Below are positions 56,576 through 64,000 of a stretch of DNA of 64,000 nucleotides, one piece after another. The position numbers and the translations under genes were made by a program. The stretch is from Dehalococcoidia bacterium (GTDB lineage Bacteria > Chloroflexota > Dehalococcoidia > Lucifugimonadales > VXLM01): the NCBI GenBank assembly GCA_034423035.1, contig DAOUJF010000010.1:20594-84593 (forward strand), written 5' to 3'. Position 1 is the stretch's first letter. Every line of letters begins with the position of its first letter. The notes below the pieces were generated by a model. That model did not search any database, had not been told where the DNA came from, and worked only from the letters and a program-made list of their open reading frames with translations.

Positions 56576-57540
56576 CAATCATCGGCGAAGGCGACTACAC
56601 CTACGAAGTATCGGGCGAAGACTGGGGCGATCTGCCTGAGGGCTGGTCGTACAAAGAGGCAACGTCCGTCGCCGTCGACGCGAACGACAACGTCTACGTC
56701 TTCAACCGCGGCGAGCATCCCGTCATCGTCTTCGACCGCGACGGCGCGGTCATCAACTCGTGGGGCGAGGGCATCTTCACGAGCGCGCACGGAGCCGCCA
56801 TAGGCCCCGACGAATCGCTCTACTGCATCGATGCCGCCGACCACACCGTTCGCAAGTTCACGCTTGACGGCAAGCTCCTGATGACCATCGGGGAGAAGGG
56901 CCGTGGATCGGGCAGGCTCAGCGGCAAGCCGTTCAGCAACCCGACCCACGCCGCCGTAGACCCGAACACCGGAGATATCTACGTCTCCGACGGGTACAGC
57001 AACGCCGTCGTCCACAAGTACACGCCGGACGGCAAGCACCTGCTTTCGTGGGGACGCTCCGGCACCGATCCGGGCGAGTTCAACACCGTCCACAACATCG
57101 CCACCGACGGCAACGGCAACGTCTACGTCGCCGACCGCGAGAACCAGCGAGTCCAGGTCTTCGACTCGTCGGGGAACTTCCAGTCACAGTGGAATGATCT
57201 CGCGATGGCCTCCTGCATCACCGTCGATGTCAAGAATGAGCTCGCCTACGTAGGAGAGTTCTACGCCGGAATCCCCAAGAACCCCTTGGGATGGGGCAAC
57301 TGGACCGGCAAGCGCCTCGGCCCCCGTGTCACCGTGTTCGACCTCGACGGGAACGTGATAGCGCGAGTCGGTGACGAACCCCAGGGAGAGGGACCGGGAC
57401 AGTTCATCACCCCACACGGCATCGCCGTCGACTCCCACGGCGACATCTACGTCGCCGAGGTCTCGTTCGCCGCCTACGGCTCACGCCTCGACCCGCCCCG
57501 CGAGGTCAGGTCGCTGCAAAAACTCGTCCGACAGGGATAG
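56572..57540 (+). CDS. NHL-repeat six-bladed beta-propeller protein (peptidyl-alpha-hydroxyglycine lyase-like)
   Basis: Repeated G.F..PH.IA.D..GN.YV.D motifs. The GTG start overlaps the previous stop (GTGA). Confidence 0.7.
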   Translation: MTIIGEGDYTYEVSGEDWGDLPEGWSYKEATSVAVDANDNVYVFNRGEHPVIVFDRDGAVINSWGEGIFTSAHGAAIGPDESLYCIDAADHTVRKFTLDGKLLMTIGEKGRGSGRLSGKPFSNPTHAAVDPNTGDIYVSDGYSNAVVHKYTPDGKHLLSWGRSGTDPGEFNTVHNIATDGNGNVYVADRENQRVQVFDSSGNFQSQWNDLAMASCITVDVKNELAYVGEFYAGIPKNPLGWGNWTGKRLGPRVTVFDLDGNVIARVGDEPQGEGPGQFITPHGIAVDSHGDIYVAEVSFAAYGSRLDPPREVRSLQKLVRQG

Positions 57541-57567
57541 CGTCGCCTAGGGATGATGGTGGTGCCC

Positions 57568-57630
57568 CCAACCCGTTCGTGGTGAGCTTGTCGGATCATG
57601 AACGGCCCTTCGACAGGCTCAGGGTGAACG
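57568..57630 (+). repeat. REP-like element, family B (both units), tandem copy a
   Basis: ccaacccgttcgtggtgagcttgtcggatcatgaacggcccttcgacaggctcagggtgaacg. Confidence 0.75.
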
Positions 57631-57644
57631 AAGGTCGCGGCACT

Positions 57645-57709
57645 CCAACCCGTTCGTGGTGAGCTTGTCGAACCATGAACGGCGCGTTCACCCTTCAACA
57701 GGCTCGCGG
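57645..57709 (+). repeat. REP-like element, family B (both units), tandem copy b
   Basis: ccaacccgttcgtggtgagcttgtcgaaccatgaacggcgcgttcacccttcaacaggctcgcgg. Confidence 0.75.
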
Positions 57710-57756
57710 ATAAGCCCCTTAGTCCCTCACCGACGGGGGAGAGATACAGAGAGGGG

Positions 57757-59493
57757 CTACGCTTTCGCCTCCACCTCGCTGGTGATCCTGGAAACGATCT
57801 CGTCGACCGGCACCGCGCCGAGGTTCTCGCCTGACCGAAGCCGCATGGCAGCCGCGCCCGCCTCGATCTCGCGGTCGCCGATGACCAGCATGTACGGGAT
57901 CTTCTGAAGCTGTGCGTTGCGGATCTTGGCGTTCATGCGGTCGTTGCCGTCGTCAACGTCGACGCGGACGTCCGCGGCCCCCAACTTAGCCTTGAGTTCC
58001 TGCGCGTACTCCACGTGACGGTCAGCTATCGGAATGACGACGGCCTGCACCGGCGCCAGCCATAGAGGGAACGCCCCGGCGTAGTGTTCGATGAGAACGC
58101 CCATGAACCGCTCCATCGTGCCGAGCAGCGCGCGGTGCACCATGTATGGGCGGTGCTCCTTGCCGTCCTCGCCGATGTACGTCAGGCCGAACCGCTCCGG
58201 CAGGTTGAAGTCGAACTGCACCGTCGTGATCTGCCACTGACGCCCGATGGCGTCGCGGATGTGGATGTCGATCTTGGGGCCGTAGAACGCCCCGCCGCCA
58301 TCGTCGATCTCGTACTCGATGCCCCGCTCGACGAGGGTCGACCGAAGCGATTCCGTGGCGAGGTCCCACTGGTCCTGTTCGCCGACCGCCTTCTCCGGCC
58401 TCGTCGAGAGCATCACGTCGTAGTCGCTGAACCCGAAACTGCTGAGCAGGAAGAACGTCAGGTCGAGGACGCCGTTAACCTCGTCCGCAACCTGGTCGGG
58501 CCTGCAGAAGATGTGTGCGTCGTCCTGCGTCATGCCGCGAACGCGCAGAAGGCCCTGCACTACGCCGCCACGCTCGTACCGGTACACGGCACCGAGCTCT
58601 CCGATGCGCATGGGCAGTTCGCGGTAGCTCCGCAGATCGTTCTGGTAGTACATCACGTGGAACGGGCAGTTCATCGGTTTGAGGTAGTAGTCCTGCCCCT
58701 CCATCTCGATGGCGGCGTACATGTTCTCCTTGTAGAAGTCCAGGTGCCCGCTCGTCTCCCACAGGCTGGCTCGTCCGATGTGCGGGGTGTAGATCAGCTC
58801 GTAGCCGTGCTTCCGGTGCTGCTCCCGCCAGAAGTCCTCGACGATGCCGCGTGTCCTCGAGCCCTTCGGGTGCCAGATGATCAGCCCCGGTCCTGTCTCC
58901 TCTTGGATGGAGAAGAGGTCAAGCTGCCGTCCAAGCAGTCGATGGTCTCGCTTCCTGGCCTCCTCGATCCGGTGGAGGTACTCGTCCAACGCGTCCTTCG
59001 ACTCGAAGGCCGTCCCGTAGATGCGCTGGAGCATCGGGCGGTTCTCGTCACCGCGCCAGTACGCTCCGGCCACGCTCAGCAGCTTGAACGCAGGGATCTT
59101 GCCCGTCGATTCGACGTGCGGCCCCGCGCACAGGTCCTCGAACTTGCCGTGCTTGTACGTCGTGATCTTCTCGTCGTCGGGTATCTCCTCGATGATCTCC
59201 ATCTTGAGCGGCTCAGCGGCGTTCATCCGCTCCACCTCATCACGGGGATATTCGTGGTACTCGAAGGTGTGGTTCTGCTGTACCACCCTCCGCATCCGCT
59301 TCTCGATGCGCGAGAGGTCCTGCTCTGAGAACGGCTCCTCGACCAGGAAGTCGTAGTAGAAACCGTCGTCCGTCGGCGGCCCTATGCCCAGCTTGGCCTC
59401 CGGGAACATCGTCGTCACCACGTCCGCCATGACGTGGGCGGCAGAGTGCCGAATTCGCTGTCGCAGTTCGATTACATCCGTTTCTTGTGACAT
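57757..59493 (-). CDS. thrS: threonyl-tRNA synthetase (short form lacking N-terminal TGS domain)
   Basis: 578 aa. Begins directly at the SAD/editing-region motif RHSAAHVMA, followed by class II catalytic and anticodon-binding domains. Confidence 0.93.
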   Translation of the reverse strand: MSQETDVIELRQRIRHSAAHVMADVVTTMFPEAKLGIGPPTDDGFYYDFLVEEPFSEQDLSRIEKRMRRVVQQNHTFEYHEYPRDEVERMNAAEPLKMEIIEEIPDDEKITTYKHGKFEDLCAGPHVESTGKIPAFKLLSVAGAYWRGDENRPMLQRIYGTAFESKDALDEYLHRIEEARKRDHRLLGRQLDLFSIQEETGPGLIIWHPKGSRTRGIVEDFWREQHRKHGYELIYTPHIGRASLWETSGHLDFYKENMYAAIEMEGQDYYLKPMNCPFHVMYYQNDLRSYRELPMRIGELGAVYRYERGGVVQGLLRVRGMTQDDAHIFCRPDQVADEVNGVLDLTFFLLSSFGFSDYDVMLSTRPEKAVGEQDQWDLATESLRSTLVERGIEYEIDDGGGAFYGPKIDIHIRDAIGRQWQITTVQFDFNLPERFGLTYIGEDGKEHRPYMVHRALLGTMERFMGVLIEHYAGAFPLWLAPVQAVVIPIADRHVEYAQELKAKLGAADVRVDVDDGNDRMNAKIRNAQLQKIPYMLVIGDREIEAGAAAMRLRSGENLGAVPVDEIVSRITSEVEAKA

Positions 59494-59570
59494 CGCTGTC
59501 TATCTCCTGTGGGAAGGCGCGTAGTGACGCGCCGGTTCATAGTATCAATAATGGCGTCCGTCCAGGACAT

Positions 59571-59610
59571 GAGAAAGCCTCCCGCGCAGTCCTAGCCGAC
59601 CACGGGAGGC
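59571..59610 (-). terminator. terminator-like hairpin after hbd, ahead of thrS
   Basis: Minus strand reads GCCTCCCG-(18 nt)-CGGGAGGC followed by TTTCTC. 8-bp GC-rich stem with a large loop. Confidence 0.4.
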
Positions 59611-59715
59611 CTCGTAGTTGTTGAGAAGACTCGGTTGCGACGGGCTATGGGGTTCCCAAGCGTCTCTACCTTTGGGACGAAGTGGATGTATTGTACCCGC
59701 AGGCGCGGAATCCGG

Positions 59716-60651
59716 TCAATCCAATTTGTCGATCTCGACCAGCCCCCTCGCGATACGCCTCCGCAGCTCCTCGGCCTTTTCCGGCGTCCAATCGTAGAAT
59801 CCCTTGCCTGCTTTCAGCCCAATGTCGCCGCGCTCGACCAGGTCGTTCAGCAATGTCGGATCGTCCGTGTTGGAGAGGTGCGGGAACACGTCAGCCGCGA
59901 CTCGCGATATCAGGTCCCACCCCGCGACCTCCAACACCTGCAGCACTCCCGCCGTCGCCCAACGCCGTCCAAGACCTGTGCTGATAGCCAAGTCAACGTC
60001 CTCCGCTGACGCGACCCCGTTTTCGACCAGCCACAGGGCCTCGCGGAGCAGCGCCATCTGGAGACGGCTCGCAACGAAGCCCGGTACCTCGCGCTCCACG
60101 AGTATCGGCTGCTTGCCGAGTGATGCCAGTAGCTCCATCACCGTGGCAGTCGTCTCCTCCGAGGTCTCGTCCGTCGGCACCACCTCGACGAGCGGCACGA
60201 AGAACGGCGGATTCAGAAAGTGCGCGTTGATGACCTTGTCCGGTCGTGTCGTCGCTGCGGCCAGCCTGCTGGGCAGGAAGCTGGACGTATTGCTGGCAAG
60301 AATCGTGTGGTCAGGGCAGAGGTCGTCAAGCTGGGCGAAGACCTTGGTCTTGGCGTCGATATCCTCGTAGATCGACTCGATCACCAGATCGGCGTCTGCA
60401 ACCAGCGCCCCCAAGTCCGTGCTCATCCTGACGCTGTCGGGTATCGACTGGGCCTGCTGTTCGGTGACTTTGCCGAGGTCTTGAAGGCGTTCGAGGCTGC
60501 TCCGGATCATTCCCCTCGACCGTTCGAGGCTATCTTCAGAACGGGAGTGGAGCCGCACGTCGTAGCCCGCCAGGGCAAGCTCGACCGCGATGCCGTGTCC
60601 CATCAGACCGGCTCCGATCACTGCGACCCTGTGAATGTTGGAATCGCTCAC
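59716..60651 (-). CDS. 3-hydroxyacyl-CoA dehydrogenase
   Basis: VAVIGAGLMGHGIA NAD-binding N-terminus, HFLNPP, full 3HCDH N and C domains; 311 aa. Confidence 0.9.
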   Translation of the reverse strand: MSDSNIHRVAVIGAGLMGHGIAVELALAGYDVRLHSRSEDSLERSRGMIRSSLERLQDLGKVTEQQAQSIPDSVRMSTDLGALVADADLVIESIYEDIDAKTKVFAQLDDLCPDHTILASNTSSFLPSRLAAATTRPDKVINAHFLNPPFFVPLVEVVPTDETSEETTATVMELLASLGKQPILVEREVPGFVASRLQMALLREALWLVENGVASAEDVDLAISTGLGRRWATAGVLQVLEVAGWDLISRVAADVFPHLSNTDDPTLLNDLVERGDIGLKAGKGFYDWTPEKAEELRRRIARGLVEIDKLD

Positions 60652-60655
60652 GACG

Positions 60656-61096
60656 TCAACTCGCTTCGATCAACGCCTTCAGGCTGGCGAAGCTCCTGCG
60701 CTGCCTGCTCGTCATCCTAGGCGTCATGAAGAACATGAGGAGATTGATAAAGAAGCCATTCGCCGAGAACTTCGTGCGGTTCGTTATGCGCGTCGACGAA
60801 GGCCCCGTGCTTTCGAGCGTCATCTGGATGTTGCTGGTCATCATGTCGTGGTCGAAGTCGAACGAGAACTCCTTGAGCGGTTCGATGGCCGTCACCGTCT
60901 CGATGAAGGTCATCTCCTGCCCGTTCTCCTCGAAGATCATCTTGTGCTTGCTCCCGACGGTGAGAGGCTCACCCTCGATGAGCTCCATGCTCTTGTAACC
61001 TTCGAGCCACTCGCCCATCCTTGACTCGTCCATCAGAACTTCCCAGGCATCATCGACGGGCTTATCAATGTCGACACTTACGCTGTACTTCGGCAT
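60656..61096 (-). CDS. SRPBCC-superfamily protein, tandem paralog 1 (146 aa)
   Basis: ATG 61096; MPKYSVSVDIDKPVDDAWEVLMDESRMGEWLEGYKS.. is a typical SRPBCC/polyketide-cyclase-like N-terminus. 4-nt gap to hbd. Confidence 0.65.
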   Translation of the reverse strand: MPKYSVSVDIDKPVDDAWEVLMDESRMGEWLEGYKSMELIEGEPLTVGSKHKMIFEENGQEMTFIETVTAIEPLKEFSFDFDHDMMTSNIQMTLESTGPSSTRITNRTKFSANGFFINLLMFFMTPRMTSRQRRSFASLKALIEAS

Positions 61097-61178
61097 ATTC
61101 TTCTCCGGTTTGCCGTTAGGTCTTGATTCGAGATTTCTTCCAAATGCGACGTTGCGAATGTCCCGCGCATTCAATGGG

Positions 61179-61619
61179 TCAGCTTGACTCGATCACGCCT
61201 TTGAGGTTCTCGAAGTTCCGCATCTGCCTTTCCTTCATGTCCGGCTTCATCGCCTCCAACTGCTCTTCGGTGACCATTTCGGAGGGGTTCACTGTCGTCA
61301 AACAGGAGATCAGGGTCCTGTCTTGGCCGATACTCTCAAGAGTGAAGGAAATGGAGCTTCCCATCATTTCATGCTCGAGGTCGAACGAGAACTCGGTGGG
61401 CGCTTCGACTACTCGCACCGTCTCGGTGAACACGACCTCCATCCCACCCTCATCGAAGACGACCCTGTGCTTGCTGCCAACTGTAAGCGGCGCGCCTTCC
61501 AGAGTCTCCGTGCTCTTGTAGCCCTGAAGCCACTCGCCCATCTTCGATTCGTCCACTAGGACTTCCCAGGCCTCTTCGATGGGCCTGTCAACTTCGACAC
61601 TAACGCTGTAATTCGGCAT
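61179..61619 (-). CDS. SRPBCC-superfamily protein, tandem paralog 2 (146 aa)
   Basis: MPNYSVSVEVDRPIEEAWEVLVDESKMGEWLQGYKS.., collinear with the two neighbours. Confidence 0.65.
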   Translation of the reverse strand: MPNYSVSVEVDRPIEEAWEVLVDESKMGEWLQGYKSTETLEGAPLTVGSKHRVVFDEGGMEVVFTETVRVVEAPTEFSFDLEHEMMGSSISFTLESIGQDRTLISCLTTVNPSEMVTEEQLEAMKPDMKERQMRNFENLKGVIESS

Positions 61620-61667
61620 CTATTCCTCCGGCTTGCGCACTAGGTCTTGTCCTGCAAGTCCAATGAT

Positions 61668-62108
61668 TCAACTCGCCTCCATCATGACCTTGAGGTTCTC
61701 GAGCTGTTGGAACTGCCGCTTCTTCATCTGCGGCACCATGAAGGGCATCAGGATCTTCAACAGAAGCTTGGGCGGGCGTCCTTCGGTGTAACAGGAAAGC
61801 CGCGTACTCTCCGCGCCAAGGCTTTCACACGTCATGCTGACCGTGCTTTCCATCACTTCGTGGTCTAAGTCGAACGTGAATTCCCGGGGAGGATCGACAA
61901 CCCTGATCGTCTCAATGAACACGAGCTCCTTGCCGCGCTCCTCGAAGACCATCCTGTTCTTGCTGCCCACGGTCATCGGCTCGCCCTCCATAGTCTCTAC
62001 GCTCTTGAACCCGATAGCCCATTCGGCCATCCTCGACTCGTCCATTAGGATGTCCCAGCAGTGCTGGATCGGCCTGTCCACTTCGACGCTAACGCTGAAC
62101 TTTGCCAT
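61668..62108 (-). CDS. SRPBCC-superfamily protein, tandem paralog 3 (146 aa)
   Basis: MAKFSVSVEVDRPIQHCWDILMDESRMAEWAIGFKS.., collinear with the two neighbours. Confidence 0.65.
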   Translation of the reverse strand: MAKFSVSVEVDRPIQHCWDILMDESRMAEWAIGFKSVETMEGEPMTVGSKNRMVFEERGKELVFIETIRVVDPPREFTFDLDHEVMESTVSMTCESLGAESTRLSCYTEGRPPKLLLKILMPFMVPQMKKRQFQQLENLKVMMEAS

Positions 62109-62124
62109 GGTTTCCTCCGTTTAG

Positions 62125-63264
62125 TTACTGATCTACCACCGAGCCGTCCACATGGAGCCGCGTCTCCACCTCTCGCGGAGTTTCCGGGAAGCGCTCCAGG
62201 GCGTCGTCGGCAAGCTCGATTCCGATGCCGGGGCCGTCCGGGATGAGCAGGAACCCGTCCTCGACTTGCAGCGGAGTCTTGACGATCTCGCTCTTCGGCG
62301 GCTCGTGCTCGCCGAGTGGGTACTCCTGGATGGCGAAGTTAGGAATGCACGCCGCAAGCTGAAGGCAGGCGGCCGTGCTCACGGGACCGAGCGGGTTGTG
62401 TGGTATCACCCCAACGTACTGCGACTCCGCCAGCGCCGCGATCTTCTTGGAGTGCGTGAGTCCGCCCGCCATGCAGACGTCCGGCCGGACGTACTGCACG
62501 GCGTTGCGCTGAAGCAACATCTGGAACTCGTGGATGCTGTGGATGCGCTCACCCGTGGCAATGGGTACCGAGACCTTGCTAGCGATGAAGGCCATGGCGT
62601 CGAGGTTGTCGGGTAGGGTGGGGTCTTCGTAGAACATCGGGTGGTACTGCTCGATGCCTTTGGCCAGGACTATAGCCTCCGCGGGCGTAAGCTGCCGGTG
62701 TATCTCGACGCAAATGTCCACCTTGTGGCCCGCCGCCTCACGGTACTGCCTCACGGCGTCGATGGCGTCCTCCATCTTGTCTACGTGAGTCTTGAAATAG
62801 GGGATTGACCTGTCTTCGTCGAGGAACGGCGTCAGGTGGCCTACCGCAGTGAACCCCTCCTCCCGCGCCGACTTTACGCCCTCCACGAGCTTCTCACGAG
62901 TGTCCCCTAGAACGTGGTAGTACACACGGGCCTTATCGCGGACGGCTCCTCCCATGAGTTGGTAGGCAGGAACGTCGAAGTGCTTGCCGGCAATGTCCCA
63001 TAGGGCGATGTCTAACGCGCTTAGCGCCCCCATGATGGCCGCGCCCCGGAAGTGCGCGAACCGGTACATGTACTGCCAGTGGTGCTCGATCCGCAACGGG
63101 TCCTCACCGACGAGGTAGCGACCGAACTTCTCAATCGCCGCCTTCGAAGCTTCAAGGAAGCCCCACGACCCCGACTCGCCGATGCCGGTTATCCCGGCGT
63201 CGGTGTGTACTTTGACAAACAAGAACCGGTCGACTGACAGCGGTTCGACTTTGGTGATCTTCAT
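62125..63264 (-). CDS. enolase-superfamily dehydratase (galactonate/mannonate dehydratase-like)
   Basis: ATG 63264; MKITKVEPL..VKVHTDAGITGIGE.., ALDIALWDIAGK, metal-ligand pattern of the MR/MLE family. Confidence 0.85.
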   Translation of the reverse strand: MKITKVEPLSVDRFLFVKVHTDAGITGIGESGSWGFLEASKAAIEKFGRYLVGEDPLRIEHHWQYMYRFAHFRGAAIMGALSALDIALWDIAGKHFDVPAYQLMGGAVRDKARVYYHVLGDTREKLVEGVKSAREEGFTAVGHLTPFLDEDRSIPYFKTHVDKMEDAIDAVRQYREAAGHKVDICVEIHRQLTPAEAIVLAKGIEQYHPMFYEDPTLPDNLDAMAFIASKVSVPIATGERIHSIHEFQMLLQRNAVQYVRPDVCMAGGLTHSKKIAALAESQYVGVIPHNPLGPVSTAACLQLAACIPNFAIQEYPLGEHEPPKSEIVKTPLQVEDGFLLIPDGPGIGIELADDALERFPETPREVETRLHVDGSVVDQ

Positions 63265-63327
63265 AATGTTCCTTTCGGCCTTTTTGTCGCATCGTGTTGC
63301 GTTAGCACAGTGGTAGTAGTTCAAAGT

Positions 63328-63372
63328 AACCCCGTTCGCCCTGAGCCTGTCGAAGGGCTCACCACGAACAGG
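63328..63372 (+). repeat. REP-like element, family B
   Basis: aaccccgttcgccctgagcctgtcgaagggctcaccacgaacagg. Confidence 0.75.
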
Positions 63373-63383
63373 TTTGACTCATT

Positions 63384-63929
63384 CTAACCATCGGGTAGAG
63401 GATCGCCAATGCTCTTGTTGGCCTGCGCTTCGACGATGCTCAGGCCACGGCTGGTCTTGCCGCCCCACCATTCCTTGATGTAGGCGATTACCGCGACTAT
63501 CTCTTCGTGGCTCAACTGTGCGCCGAAGGCCGGCATGGCGCTCTTGAAGTTGGGCAGCAGTACGGGGTCCTCCTGGAACTTTCCGCCTTCGCGGACGACT
63601 CGGTACAGGAATCCATCGCCATGGTGCCACGTGTGGCCGTCGCCGTTGAGAGGCGGCGCCGGCAGGGTGCCGTTCTCCAAGGGGATGTGCCAGTTGGGCT
63701 GACCCTGCCCCTGCAGACCGTGGCAGGCCGAGCAGATCGAGGTGAAGACCTCTTGTCCTGACCGGGCGACGGGGATAGCCGTAGCAACAGGCTCGTTTCT
63801 CGGAACAGGGGTGTTTGGCTCAGGGGTTGCTGAACACGCCAACAGGAAGAGTGATAAGAATGAGAAGAGAGCGAGTGCCGCAGAGCCAAGAATGAAGGAG
63901 TGCCCGGAGCGGATGGCTCGAATGTTCAC
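63384..63929 (-). CDS. membrane-anchored c-type cytochrome
   Basis: CSACHG heme-binding motif. N-terminal hydrophobic segment ending LLACS (possible lipobox). GTG 63929 overlaps the stop of an upstream gene (GTGA). Confidence 0.75.
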   Translation of the reverse strand: MNIRAIRSGHSFILGSAALALFSFLSLFLLACSATPEPNTPVPRNEPVATAIPVARSGQEVFTSICSACHGLQGQGQPNWHIPLENGTLPAPPLNGDGHTWHHGDGFLYRVVREGGKFQEDPVLLPNFKSAMPAFGAQLSHEEIVAVIAYIKEWWGGKTSRGLSIVEAQANKSIGDPLPDG

Positions 63930-64000
63930 TGGTCGTCCTCGTCTGGGTAGAGTTCCTCGAATTTTCGGGTGACCTCTTCCTGCCACGCGAGATGCTCGGC
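63926..64000 (-). CDS. 3' end of an unidentified gene running off the window
   Basis: Open frame ..AEHLAWQEEVTRKFEELYPDEDDQ-stop. The stop is translationally coupled to the cytochrome c start. No function assignable from 24 residues. Confidence 0.3.
   Translation of the reverse strand, partial: AEHLAWQEEVTRKFEELYPDEDDQ

Noticed and set aside
58084-59328. 414-aa plus-strand ORF
   Set aside because: Antisense to thrS. Low-complexity Val/Leu/Arg/His-rich translation.

Overview
GC-rich bacterial chromosomal segment; the phylum cannot be fixed from sequence alone. It is densely packed with housekeeping genes. These include a zur-znuA-znuC-znuB type zinc uptake operon, gltX, purQ/purL, nadA/nadC, miaB, moaD/moaE/moeA, hemB/cobA-hemD/hemC/sirC, an aromatic amino acid cluster (aroG, trpA, aroH, tyrS), pheS/pheT, thrS, and several catabolic enzymes. 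There are two tRNAs, Ser-GCU and Pro-CGG, each with a recognisable promoter. Almost every intergenic gap carries short palindromic REP-like repeats from at least four families, plus one clean MITE with terminal inverted repeats and a target-site duplication. By eye, accessory content sits in lower-GC islets: a DUF433/DUF5615 toxin-antitoxin pair next to tRNA-Ser, a HepT/MntA pair, an APH-like kinase, and AAC(3)-like and VOC genes. Two observations stand out. (1) A tightly packed six-gene minus-strand operon (38123-42900) encodes a membrane protein, two paralogous P-loop-like proteins that lack the Walker lysine, an EEP nuclease/phosphatase, a PD-(D/E)xK-like nuclease and a LarE-like PP-loop enzyme. 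I cannot assign it to any described system. (2) A Tyr/Phe-rich 28-codon leader ORF with a classical 1:2/2:3/3:4 attenuator lies upstream of the DAHP synthase gene. All calls come from reading the ORF track and the sequence by hand. No searches or folding programs were run, and hand-derived coordinates of short elements may be off by a few nt.
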